A stretch of 64,000 nt of DNA. Origin: the human T2T-CHM13v2.0 reference genome, Homo sapiens. Both the position numbers and the translations under genes were made by a program. Within the stretch, counting starts at the first letter, position 1, and the number at the start of each line of letters is the position of its first letter. Shown piece by piece: positions 16,446 to 29,584 of this stretch. The stretch is taken from assembly GCF_009914755.1 (NCBI RefSeq), contig NC_060934.1; one strand, written 5' to 3'. The notes under the pieces are model-generated. The model had not been told where the DNA came from. It worked only from the letters and a program-made list of their open reading frames with translations, and made no database searches.

Positions 16446-16959
16446 CTGATCAAAATGAAGCAAAATCCTTTCCTTGGGCTTTGTTAGTATGTATTACCTG
16501 AAAAAAGTTGGAATTTTCAAAAATATTTTAATAAGCAGTAATAAAACAAAAGGAAAAATATTGGAATATAATAATAATTCAGTTTACAAAGTGCATAGTA
16601 GGTCAGAGGATCATTCCTAGATCTCTGACTCTTGTCCCATTCTGTTAGCCTAAAAGAATGTCAGATATCTTGCCCCAAAGGAAAGTTTTTTGTACTTTTC
16701 CTGATCTGCCTCCATGTTGCAGAGTGCCAGCTTACTTCCGCACATTTCAGACCTGGTCGCGATACCTTGAACTTCAGGGGCAAGGATAAATCAGGCTAAT
16801 TCTGCTTTCATTAGGCTTTTCTGTTCAGGCCTGGTTGGGGTTTGAGAGAATATGCCTCTTCTCTAAAACACTGGAGGACTGGGAAGGCTGGACACAATAA
16901 ATTAACAATCAGTGGCAATCCCACATTTCATATATTGGGTAAGAAAAATAATACTGAGT

Positions 16960-17165
16960 GTACCTGTACAGACCTAATGCTAATTGCTTTCCCAAATATT
17001 ATTTATTTTCATACTTAGAATAGCTCTGTGAGATAGATGTTGGCTCCTTTCTAAAAATAAGGAAAATGAGGCTCAGACAGGTTAAATATCTTGCCAAGAT
17101 GGTACATTAAGTAATGGAAAGCCAAGATTCAAACCCAGGTCTATTTGATTCCAAAGCATGCTATT
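16960..17165 (-). mobile_element. MIR
   Basis: aaggaaaatgaggctcagacaggttaaatatcttgccaag...gattcaaacccaggtct core. Confidence 0.75.
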
Positions 17166-17515
17166 CTTTTTTTCTTATAGGTCCAACAGAAAAATACATA
17201 TACATTAAATATGATATCCATACATATAATAGAGCAGTGCAGAGGTAATTCTGTCAGTATCAATGCCCATCCATATAGAAACATCTTAAGAGAAGTTACC
17301 ATATCATATATTCTTTTTAATTTCCCATGGCCTCCAATAAGGTAGAATCCGGTAATTACTACATTACTGGTGATTTTCAGATTCATAGTATCTGATGAAA
17401 GTAAAACAGCAAAAAGAAAAAAATATTGACCTCTGCAGGGCAATCTTATCTGTAGCTAGCTGGCAGATTGCTGTTATCTTCATTCTTCTCTCTGTTCTAT
17501 AAATATTTAACCACC

Positions 17516-18055
17516 TGTATTGGTTTTCTGTTGCTGCCATAACAAATGACAACACACTTACGATTTAAACAACACAAATTTACTTTCTTTTGGCTCTGTG
17601 GGTTGTGAGTCCATCCCAGGTCTCACTGGGCTAAAATCTAAGTGTTGTATTCCTTTCTGTAAGTTCATGGGGAAGATTCATTTTCTTCCTCAGATGGTGG
17701 CATAGTCAGATCCTTTTGATCATACAAGGACCCCATTTCCTTGCTGGCTGAAGGCCATTCCCAGCTTCTAGAGGGTACCTGCATTCCTTGGCTTGTGACT
17801 TCTTTTCTCTAAAGCCAGGAAAACAGGTCAAGTTTGTTTCATATCGTATCTCCACTCCTGCCTCACTCTCTTTCACTTTTAAGAGCTCGTGATTAACTGG
17901 CCCACCCAAATAATCCAGGATAATCTCCCCACCTTGAGGTCCATAATTTTAATCACATCTGCAAAGTCCATTTCACCATTTAAAGTAATATAGTCACAGG
18001 GTCAGAGTACTAGGATGTGGACATCTTCATGGATGCCTTATTCTGCAGACCACAA
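17516..18055 (-). mobile_element. MLT1-family (MaLR) solo LTR
   Basis: tgtattggttttctgttgctgccataacaaa...aatcacatctgcaaagtcc...ttattctgcagaccaca, characteristic MLT1 ends. Confidence 0.75.
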
Positions 18056-18099
18056 TGTAAAAAAAATCACACAAGTTCATAAACCACTGGCTAATATTA

Positions 18100-18335
18100 A
18101 TAATCATAACTATACTGAGCAGTTTGTGTCAAGTAATGTTCTAAATTGTGTTTTATATATTAATCTAATCCTTGCAATACTGTAATGAAGCAGGTTACTT
18201 AGCCCTATTTTATGGATGAGAAAAAATAAGTACAAAAGACATTAGGTAATTTACCAGAGTCACTGATAGTAATTATTATCTGTAATTTCAACCAGGCGGT
18301 CTGAGTCTGTAAACTATGCCATTAACTTCCGTACT
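18100..18335 (-). mobile_element. MIR
   Basis: ccctattttatggatgagaaaa...ggtaatttaccagagtcac. Confidence 0.6.
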
Positions 18336-19469
18336 ATCATAAGTCACTCAGATGATTCAGGACTTCGGATATTTTACTTAACTGATTAGGGTCAAAATGT
18401 TTAGCAAGCCTATACTGTATGTGGGCTGGTTATTCTTAGTTTTTACGGTAAATGAATATTTTTTTCTTGCTGGCTGACAGAAAAGGAATGATAATGAGGG
18501 TACACAGATGACTGAAATTGAATGTTATTTCCTTAGATTATTTTACTCATTATCACTATTGTATAAGAATATGTCACTGTTTGTTATATAAGTTCCTTCA
18601 GAACAACTTAGAGAAAAAATATGGTAATTAGGTTATCATGTAATCCAATGACATACATCTCTGTTGCAGCACTTTTGCAATGATGTTGTAATTCTCTGTC
18701 TCTCTCTCCCCCAACCTTTGTTCTTTGATGTTAGTGGTCTTTCCAATTTTGTATTTCAACATCTATAGAGTTTCTGGCTGATGGATCCTCAAATAGTGAA
18801 TTGGATGAATGGATTAGTTAATTAATTAAATCATTCCTATAATTGTCAATCCATTTATACCCTGCTCTTAAAATTTAATGAATTAATTTGAGGTGAAAAT
18901 GTTTCAGACAAGATGATCTTCAAATTCTACATGTAATAAAGATAATTTTAAGAGTCTCAAAACAATTTGTATATTTATAGAATCCCTAATAATGGCCATT
19001 TGCAGTGTGCTAAGCATTGGGCTAAACGAGAGCTCAGTATTCACAACAATCCTGTGATGTAATGCTCTAGTCGTATACATGTGGAAACTAAGGACTAACT
19101 GAGTTGTATCACTCCCCAAAGTCTACTCACGGACCCAGTAGAGCCAATGTCTTCACCTAGGAATAATTGACTCTAAAGCGTTTGCCCTTATCCACTGCCT
19201 CATTTCTTTTTATTCCTAAAGTAAAACTACTCATAAGATTTCTGGATCTGATTTCTGTACTACTTGTGGATTGATTAAATACAAAAACATTATTGTGTAT
19301 TATTATCAGTTGGTCTTTCAAATAACTGAGACCAAAACATTAAAATAGTTTTAAAAATCTGTAAACACTCCTATTCTTCTGGATTTCTACTTACAGAATT
19401 AGCACCTAGAACTAGAAAAGTAAGTTTCTTTTTTTTTTCTGAGTGTTAAGACCTCAGGAAATATTTTTT

Positions 19470-22400
19470 TAATTAACATACTATAAAATTGACTTGATAT
19501 TCATTTATTTGAGCTTTAATACACACACACACAAACAGACACACACATAAGTGTATTCATGTAGCAACCATGACGATCAGGGCACAGAACAGTTCCATCA
19601 TCAGAGCACTATCGTGCTACCCGTTTTTAGTCACATTTTCATTCTACCACAAATCCTGGCAACCGTGATCTTTTGCTATCATTTTCTCTTCTTGAGAATG
19701 TTATAAAAATGAAATCATACAACATGAAACATAATCTGTGTCACTCAGCATACAATATGAAACATTTCTATTTCACTCAGATGTATTCAAGTTGTTGCGT
19801 GTATCAATAGTTTGATCCTTTTTATTAATGAGTAGTATTTCATTGTATGGGTGTGCCACAGTTTATCCATTCATTAGTGGAAGGACATTTGGGTTGTTTC
19901 CAATTTACGGAGATTATGAGTAAAGTTGCTGTAAACATTAGTATACAGGTTTTGGGGGGTGAAGTTAAGTTTTCATTTCTCTAGGGTAAATATTTAGAAG
20001 TGTGATTGCTGCATAATATGTTGTATATATTTAATGTTTCAAGAAACTGCCAAACTTTTCCAGAGTGGTTGTACCATCCCACCAGTAATAAATAAGAGAT
20101 GATCCACTTTCTCTACATGGCCACAGGCATTTTGTTTTATCAGATATTTTTTACTTTAACCATTCTAATAGGTGTGTTTTCATAACAGGTTTGGTTTTCA
20201 TTTGCATTCCCCTAATGGCTAATGAAGTTAAACATTTTATCATGTGTTTATTATGTCCTCTTCAGTGAAGTGTCTGCTTAACACCTTTTGTGTATTTTCT
20301 TTTCTTTTTTTTCTGTAGTGTTTTTTTTTTCTTTTTTTAATTATACTTTAAGTTCTAGGGTACATGTTCACAATGTGCAGGTTTGTTACATATGTATACA
20401 TGTATTTTCTAGTTGAGTTACTTATTTTATTAAATTTTGAGAGTTCTTTAGAGTTGTAGTAAAGACTACTGTAGCTTGTCTTTTCATTCTCTTATCCTAG
20501 TCTTTCACAGAACAAAAGTTTTAATTGAGATTTAGTTTATCACTTTTTCTTTTTATGGATCATGATTTTCATCATGCTTGGTGTCATGTGCAGGAACTCT
20601 GCTTAACTCCAGATCATCAGGTTTTTCTCTTTGTTTTCTTCACCTTTTTATTAGGGCTTGTTGTATTTTGACCTAATTTTTTTATAAGATGTTAGATTGA
20701 GGTGAAGTTTCATTTCTTCAATATGGATGTCCAATTGTGCCAATACTGCTTGTTGAAAAGACTATTCTTTCTCTATTGAATATATTTGCATTTTTGTCAG
20801 AAATTAATTGTCTATATTTATGTGGGTCAGTTTCTGGACTTTGTTCCATTCTGTTGATCTGTACATCCATCCTTTTGCCAATACCACGTAATCCTGATTA
20901 CTGTAGCTTGATAGTAAGTCTTAAAATTGGAGGATGTTATTTCTCTAATTTTATTTTTCAAAATCATTTTGGCTATTATAGTTCCTTTGCCTTTTCATAT
21001 AAATTTTAGATAATCTATTTATATTAAAAATAATCATGCTGAAATTTTGATTTGATTTGTGTTAAATATGCAGATCAATTTGGAGAGAACTGACTTCTTC
21101 CTTAAAGTGTTGAGGAGTCTTCCAATTAATGAACATGGTGTGTGTTTACATTTATTTAGGTTTTCTTTTTCTTACATCAGTGTTTCATAATTTCAGAATA
21201 CAGATCATGTACATAGTTTGTTAAATTTACACCTATATATTTCTTCTTTGGAGATAAGAACTGTGAATGGCTTGAAGTTTTTTTCTTTTAATTTGGTTTC
21301 CAGTTCATTGCCTATGTAGACAGTCTTGTTTTCTGCAAGTAGGGACATTTTTATTTCTTCCTTTCTAATGTGTATGCCTGTAATTCTTTTATTGACTTAT
21401 TGCAAGACATCAAGAGAGGTGATAACGGACATTCTTGGCTTTTTCTTAATCTTGAGAAGAAAGCATAGTCTTTCTCCTTTAAGTGTAATGTTAACTGTAG
21501 GTTTCTTGTAGATACGCTTTATCAAATTGAGTAACTTCCCTTCTATTCCTGGTTCGCTGCAAGTTTTCATCATGAATAAATGTTGCTTTTTTTCAAATGC
21601 TTTTTCTGCATCAATTGAAATGATCATATGGTTTTACTTTAATCTGTGAATATGGAGGAATGCACTAATCAATTTCAAATATTGAATCAGGCTTTATTCT
21701 CTGAAAAGCCTCACTTTATCATTTTCTTTTTGTATATTGCTAATATTTTGTTGAAGATTTTTGTGTCGATGTTCATAAGGTATGTTAGTCTATAATTTTT
21801 TTTCTTTTTCTTTTTCTTTTATTTTCTTCGTACTATTGTCCTATGGTTTTGGTATTAGAATAATCCTGGCCTTAAAAAAAATATTTAAATTGGTGTTATT
21901 TCTTCTTTAAATATCTGATAAAATTTGCAAGTGAAAGTTGGTCCTGGAGTTTTGTTTTGCTTAGGAGGAAGATTTTCTAATTCAATTTAAAAATATTTAC
22001 AGGAATATTCAGGTTTTGTATTCATCTTGGATGTGTTTAGTGTCTGATTTTCAAGGAATTTACTTATTTCACTTCTTTAGGTTTATGTTTACACAATTGT
22101 TCAGAGCATTCCTTTATATCCTTCTAATATCTGCTGGTTCTACAGTGGTATTCTCTTTTCATTCCTGATAGTAGCAATTTGTGGCTTCTTTTTTTGCTTA
22201 CCGATCCTACTACAGTTTTGTCCATTGCATTGATCTTTACAAAGAACCAGCTTTTTGTCTCACTGTTTTTTTTTTTAATTTTATTGCTTTTTGATTTTTA
22301 TTACTTCTTTCTGCTTGCTTTGGGTTTATTTTGCTCCTTGTTTACTGTTGTTTTAATACACAATTCAGAATTTTGATCTGAGACCTTCTTTTCTAGCACA

Positions 22401-25400
22401 AGCATTTAATGCTATAAATTCCCCTCTATACAGTGTTTTAGGGACACTCCACAGATTTTGATGTTTTTTATTTCCCTTTTTGATCCATAGATTCTCTCTA
22501 AATCAGTTTATTAATTTCCAGTGTTTTGGAGATTTTCTTATCTTTTTCCTATTGACATCTGGTCATTATGATCATAGAACATACTTTATAGAATTTAAAT
22601 CCTTTAAAATTTGTTTTGTTTTATGATCTTGGAAGTGGTGTGTCTACATGAATATTTTGTGTACATTTGAAAAGAATGTGAATTTCGTCATTGGGGTGTG
22701 TTCTATAAATCTATAAATGTTATTTGGATCTAGTTGTTAATGTTGCCTGGTTCTTCTATATCCTTGCTAATTTTTTGTCTACTTGTTCTGTCAGTTAATG
22801 CAAGAGGAGTATTAGAAGCCTGCAAGAATATTGTAGATTTGTCTCTACTTTTTGTTCTGTTCATTTTTGCTTTGCTTATTTTAAAGCTCTGTTGTTAAAG
22901 GCATACACATTTAAGATCTCTCTGTTTTCTTGGCAAATTGACCCTCTTATCATTATGCAATGTTTTTCTTGATCTCTGATAATTTTCTTATCACTGAAGT
23001 CTACTTTGTCTGATATTACTATAATCACGCTAGCTTTCTTCTGGTTAATGATATAATTTTTCATGATAGAATTTTTTATCCTTTTACTTTTAAACTATGT
23101 AATTATAATTGAAGAAATTTTTGTAGATAGGATATTAATGGGGATTTTTTTTATTATTTTTGGTCTATTCTGATCATCTCTGCCCTTAATTGGTTTGTTT
23201 AGGCCATTTATATTTCATAAAATGTTTTATGTTTGGATTTGGGTTTATCATTTTATTATTTGTTTTTTGTTTTTCTCTCTGTATTTTCACTCTTCTGGTC
23301 CTCTTTTTCTGCCTTGTTTTGGATCATTTGAATATTTTTTAGTATTCCATTTTAATTTAGTTTTGACTATGTATCTTTGTATAGATTTCTTTTAGTGGTT
23401 GCTCTATGGATTAGAATGTACATCCTAACTTTTCACAGTCTATTTAGAATCAATCTTTTACCCTGCCAAGTGGATTGTATAAATCTTTCATGTAAGTCTT
23501 GTTATTCTCCCTCCTTTATTTTATAGTTTTTATATGTACTACATCATTTCTCTTCTTCTTTTATTCCCGACATTCCAAGTGTCCCTCATTTCACCTTCTT
23601 TATGACAGTCTTCCTTTAGTAATTCTTTTAGAACAGATCTGCCAGCAATGAACTATACTTTTTATCTGAGAATGTCTTTATTTTACCTTCGTTTTTTAAA
23701 GGATATTCTTATTGAATTTAGAATTTTGAGCTGACAGATATTTTTTGTTTTAAACATGTTCCACTTTCTTATGGAATCTATGATTTCTGATTATAACTCT
23801 GTAGTCCATTGATCCCCTATAATTATATATTATTTCCTCTGGCTCTTTTTAGTATTTTTTTAAACTAGTTTGATTGATGGATTTGAGCCTAGTGTTTGAT
23901 TGATGGGTTCGAGCCTAGATTTGGGGGGTTAGGAGGTTACTATTTGAGGTTCAGTTCTTAAATCTGTTGGTTTATGTCTTTCACTAAATTTGGGAAATTT
24001 TTAAACATTATTCAGTTTTTTTTCTGCACTACAGCTCTTTTCCTTCTGGGACTCCAGTGACATGAAAGTTAGATATTTTATTATTGTCCTGCATTATCCT
24101 GAGACTCTTTATTTTTTAATAAATATTTTTACTCTGTCTTATTCAAAGTGGATAGTTTCCATTGATGTACTGTCAAGTTCACCAGTCTTTGCTCTCTTAT
24201 CTCCATTTTACTATTAAGCCCATCCAGTGATTTTTAAACTTTGGTTACTGTATGTTTAGTTCTAAAATTTTCTTTTAGTTTTTATTTAAATATCTTCCAT
24301 TTGCTGAGACATTCTATCTTTCCATTCTTTTCAACAGTGTTTACCCTTACTTCTTGGAGCATTTTTATAATAGTTGTCTTAATGTCTTAGTTTAATAATT
24401 CTAACATCTTTTTTTCCCAATGTTGCCATTTTTTGATCATCTTTTCCTATGTGACTTGAGACTTTTTCTGATTCTTCACATGCCAAGTAATTTGAGATTA
24501 TATTCTGGATATTTCAAGTATTATGTTGTGAGATTAATAAGTTAAATAAGACTAATACTTCGTCTTATTTAAATCCTATCGAGAATTTTGATATTTTTTG
24601 CTTAACAGGCAATTTATCCAGTTGTATTCGGGATGCAGTCTCCAGCCAGTATATAGGTTTTGATTCCACAACTGGTTCACTTTTCAAAGCCTTTGAAATG
24701 CTGTTCAGATCTGTCCTTCATGTACCACCCAGGGTCCAATCTAGAACATGGGTAATTGTCTGTCTATACTTAGTTTCTCACAGTCTGTGATCAGATTCAC
24801 ACATGAGAAGTTTGAGCATAAACCCAAGAGTTCATAAACAGCCTTATGAGGTCACTTTCCTGAGCCTCTCTCTTTCATGATCTCAGTACTTTGAGTTCCT
24901 GGAGACTCTGCTTTTCAGTCCTCTAGCCAAAACTCTGGGACTTTATTTACCCTACTTTGCCACATGCTTCCTGCATCTATGCCTGTAGAAGAGCTGAAAG
25001 AAGACAGGGAGAGAAAGAGCTCAGTGGAGTTTATATTGTACTCTTAGGGCCACAGCTCCTCCTACTGGAGAGGAAGTTTTCCCTCCCTCAAAGTTTTAAA
25101 TTCTTGCAGTTATCATTATCTCTGCTACTACCTTGAAGGCTAGGATGCAAGAGAATGAAGGAGAAAAGGGCAATTTTTCTCTTCTTTGAGACTTTTCCTG
25201 CTCCTTGAGCCTAAACTATAAGGATTCTCCTAGAGCCTTCACTGCCATGCCCCAGGGCCCACTTTCAGGTTTTAAGCTCCCTTGAATCCAGGCCAGGGGT
25301 ACCTTTTAAAAAAAGAAGAAGAAAGAAAAAGGTAAGGGGAATCACCCTGTGCTACTCTGAATTCTTGTCATGTCATCTTCTCCAGTCCACCTGCTGTGAC

Positions 25401-25513
25401 TTACCCTTTAGAGTCTTTAAATAACCGTTTCCTTCATTCTCAAGTTTTATTATCTAGATTCAGTAGCAGACATAAACAGTTTGTGGATTCTCCATATTAA
25501 CTGGATCTGACCT
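19470..25513 (-). mobile_element. Old, long L1M (MC/MD/ME-type) element, antisense to ZEB1
   Basis: Reverse-strand ORF2 remnants ([11 protein letters not shown] at 21397-21627; ISDKVDF...ILNVYA at 22876-23064); 3'UTR-like text at 19470-19900; 5'-like end near 25500. Confidence 0.75.
20301..20400 (-). mobile_element. Severely 5'-truncated L1PA 3' end with 10-bp TSD
   Basis: ttatactttaagttctagggtacatgttcacaatgtgcaggtttgttacatatgtataca flanked by tgtattttct at 20291-20300 and 20401-20410. Confidence 0.85.
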
Positions 25514-25920
25514 CAGGTATATATTTTTAATCATTATCTAAGTTAATGGGTGTTCATGGAGGTTGTGAGTTGCATTTGTTTTAACTTTGCTATACAGTTA
25601 CACCCCAAATATTCACATACATATTATAAATTGGAAGATACAGGAGCAGGAAAATGAAACTATCTGGAAAAGTATACAGTGAAACATTTCATCTCTAAAG
25701 TTTGAACACATTCAGGTCTGAATTTAGGAATCTGTTGGCATTCGCTTTTTTGATAGTTTTCCCTTAGCAGGGAATAGGGTAGGAATAGCAGAAAGCTGGC
25801 TCAGCGATGACTTACAGAATGAGAGAGATGTGAATTGGCCTTTTAAAAATCTGTGGAAGTTACTCATTTGGACTGGGTAACGGCTTTCTAGGCAGAGGGA
25901 GCAACTTCAGGAAAGGTATA

Positions 25921-26272
25921 GAGAAGGTCCCCAACTTACAACATTGACTTAAGACTTTTCAACTTTACAGTGGTGTGAAAGAAATATGTATTCAATAGAA
26001 ACCACACTCCAAGGACCCATGTAATCGTTTCTCATTTTCAATATAGTGTTCAATAAATTATATGAGATTTTAATACTTTATTATAAAATGGGCTTCATGT
26101 TAGATGATTTTGCCCAATTGTAGGATACTGTAATTGTCCTGAGCATTAAGGTAGACTAGGCTGAACTGTGTTGTTCAGTAGGACCGGCGTATTAAATGCA
26201 TTTTGACATGATATTTTCCATTTATAACGGGGTTTATCAATATTTAACCTCATCATAAGTCAAGGAGTATCT
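25921..26272 (-). mobile_element. MER47-like (Tigger-derived) MITE
   Basis: Degenerate terminal inverted repeats (ggtccccaacttac / gtcaaggagtatcta), TA flanks, internal MER47A-like text. Confidence 0.7.
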
Positions 26273-26661
26273 ATACAGGTATAAATGTGCATGGCATGTG
26301 TGAATGTGTGTCAAAGAGGAGTAGACAAACCAGGAAAGGGAAATATGATTCAGTTAGGCATTTACTGTGCCTTCTTAGAGGTTGCAGTAAGATATTCCCA
26401 TGAACATATTTGAAATGGTTAGAAACACATGGGTGTGAATTTCAAAAAATACAAGTTTTTGAATTTAACACATATGCTAAATAATCAGTCCTTCAGCTTA
26501 AACTATGTTATCCTGCAAATGATAGTAAGTCTTCTGGATTTTTATTAGAATGAATCACATTTTCCATCCTTGTTTTTATTTACTAGGAATTTCATCTTAT
26601 GACTAAAAAGAACAAGCCATAAGCTCTTTTGGTCTAAATTTGAGATATTTGCCTTTGACTT

Positions 26662-27075
26662 ATTTTTAAATTAAACTTTTTATTTTGACATAATAATAGA
26701 TTCACAAATAATACAGAGAAATCCTGTGTACCCTTTACCCAGTTTCCTCCAATGGTAACATAATATAATGTCACAACAAGCATATTGACATTGATACAGT
26801 CAAGATACAGAGCAGTTCTGTCACTAACAGGCTCTCGTTTCCCATTACATGTTCACCCCTGTCCCTCTACCTTGCCGCATTCCTTACCCCTGGCAACCAC
26901 TAATCTCCATCTTTACAATTGTGTTATTTGAAGAAAGTTACATAAATGAAATCATACAGTATGTAACCTTTTAGACTGACTTTTTCATTCTCTATAAATT
27001 CTTGGAAATTCATCTGAGCTGTTGCTTGTATCAATAGTTTGTTCTTTTTTATTGCTGAGTAATATTTCATGACTT
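26662..27075 (-). mobile_element. L1MC/ME-type 3' end fragment
   Basis: aataatacagagaaatcctgtgtaccctttacccagtttcctccaatggtaacat...cctggcaaccactaatct. Confidence 0.7.
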
Positions 27076-28814
27076 ATTTTTTAGCCCACCTTTTTCCATT
27101 ATGTTTCATTTTGAAAAAACAAAGTCTTACTACTCAGGCATTTTTCTCACTTACATATTTGCTTTAGAATTTATACTATAAACAAAAACCTTAGGAGCAT
27201 TCTAGTGTTCTTTTTAAAATTGCATTTAGGTTAACCAGTTAATCTGTTGACATTATTACGTCTTACAGGAAAAAAATATGTACAAGTAGATTTTATTACT
27301 TTACTCCCCTTTTAATTCCTAAATCCAGAAGTAAGATCAGAACACATGAGAGATACTGCTGCTTGAAAAATACTTAGCACAGCCTGTTTGCAGACACACT
27401 CATGCTAGTCCACGGCTGATGCAGAAAGGAGCCTATCCCAAGGCAGCATTTTTTTGCAGTGCTAAAGGCCAACATTAGGATGTTGTCTGTTTTCATTAGG
27501 CACCATGGTCTTAGTTGCTCAACCAAAACTCCAGCCTCAATAATGAGGGAAAAAAATATACTTCTAGTTTTTAAATTGTGGGAAATAGGTCTGGGAGTAG
27601 ATTCTGAAGTATGTTAAATACTCATCTAAAGAGCCTAGAATTTATCCCAAGGGGGGATGAAGAAATGAAGAAACAAATAAATTAATCAAATTGCAGTTCC
27701 TAAAATAGTTATAAGTAGAAAAATTAGCAGTGTCCAAAAATGTCATTTTACCTTTAATATCAATGTCATATTCCATCTTACGAGGTAGTAACTCTGGCTG
27801 TTTTGATTTTCATTTTAGAAGAATAAGGAACATAGGTTTACAATAATCAGTAACTATATTACCATCATATAATTACCCAGTTGGCATACTGTTTATTATT
27901 TTAGTTTAAGGAGACACATTGAAGCGAGAAAAAGGGGGTGCTAGAGGTTTGCAGACACTTAGCAAACACTAGTGTTTATCCTACAGCTTTGTAAACACTT
28001 TACCAAGAATTTTTAAACTGTCATTTTGCTGATGGAAAGTGTAAAATGAGACTTCAGCAGAAGTTAATCTCATCATCTACTTAAAACAGTGTTTTTTACA
28101 TTGATCTAAAGAGGTTTGTGCATATTTTAACTGTTTTTCCTATATGATCATCTTCATGTACTAGTATGAAAGTTAATGAGTAAAGAAAATCTGCTGAATA
28201 AATCCACGTGATAATCCAAGGCACTTAAAAGAAATACATGCTATAATGGGATGCAAAGATTTTACTTGATTAGTGCTCTATTTCTCAATTTAACAATCAA
28301 ACCTAAGAGAAATCTCAATCAAGACTTTTGACTAACATAGTGCAATTTGATTAGGGTGCAGATAAGTACACTATTTCGGTGTGACTGTATAAGTATTCTG
28401 ATCATAATTATGACATATACTCTGCTACTAGTTAGAAAAAGAACAGTTTTTAACTTCTTCATGCCTTTCATTTATGCACATGTTCTTAATACACTATTAT
28501 AATAAATAAAATGTACCTGAAAATATAAAACATACTTTTTGCTTGTCCAAAAAGTATGCATTTATTTATAATACAAAATATTTATTCTGAACCTATGCTG
28601 TATGATAGCCCACTATAAATGTAGAGGTAGCAAGGGAAGATGACAGATATCTAAAAATATTTGTTAGTAGCACTATATTGTTGATTACTACATATCAGTA
28701 ATTAGAATAACGAATAAAGTGAAAGAAAAAGCATAATGCCTTAGGTGTTTACTTTGGGCACAGTAACATTTGGTCCAGTCATCTTTCTAGTTTTCTGGTA
28801 CCCAAGTTAAATGA

Positions 28815-29005
28815 GCAAGAGTGTGATGGAAAGTGGGCTTTGGAGCCAATCAGACCTGCATTTATATTTCATTTCTACCACCTAATAACGGCATGTCTTT
28901 GGGCAAGTTATTTAACTTCTCCAAGCCTCAAGTTTTTTAACTTATAAAATATGTTGTTACAAAGCTTAAAAGAAGTAAGTTACTAGCACAGTGCCTGGAA
29001 CATAG
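28815..29005 (+). mobile_element. MIR
   Basis: ttgggcaagttatttaacttctccaagcctca...agcacagtgcctggaacatag. Confidence 0.7.
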
Positions 29006-29334
29006 AAATTTGTGCTTTAGAGAAGAAATAAAAATATATAATTCTACCGTCTATAGGTAGAGCTCTTTTCCCAAAATAGTACTAAAATTCCAGTTTGCTT
29101 ATAATCCTAAAATATTTATAATTCCAGAATATCTAAATCTGTACTGCTTTTACTTCTCTAAGATATCTTCGTGAGTTTGGTAAGACTGTCCACTTAATTT
29201 CTTTAAACAGCTTTACTTTTCAAGGACACATTACCATATTCATAAAAGGAAAAAATCCAAATTAAATATAATCTGTACTGAAAGTTTCCTTTTCAGATTT
29301 CGGGAAGTTAAAATGTTTGTGACAACTGGATTTG

Positions 29335-29488
29335 TTTTTTTAATCTTTTATTGATATATAATAGCTGTATATATTTGGGGAGTACATGTGATATTTTGAT
29401 ACATGTATACAATGTGTAATGATCAGATCAGAGTAATTGGGATATCCAAAACTTTAAACATTTGTCTTTCGTTTGTATTAGGAACACT
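29335..29488 (-). mobile_element. L1MA 3' end fragment immediately upstream of the exon 3 acceptor
   Basis: tatttggggagtacatgtgatattttgatacatgtatacaatgtgtaatgatcagatcagagtaattgggatatcc. Confidence 0.8.
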
Positions 29489-29521
29489 ATAGATCTATTT
29501 TAATTTCTTCTTTGATTTCAG

Positions 29522-29584
29522 CAGGAAAGGAAGGGCAAGAAATCCTGGGGCCTGAAGCTCAGGCAGATGAAGCAGGATGTACAG
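29522..29584 (+). CDS. ZEB1: ZEB1 exon 3 (63 nt, or 60 nt from the distal acceptor at 29525)
   Basis: tttcag|CAG|GAAAG...TGTACAG|gtactc; encodes (T)GKEGQEILGPEAQADEAGCT. Confidence 0.95.
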
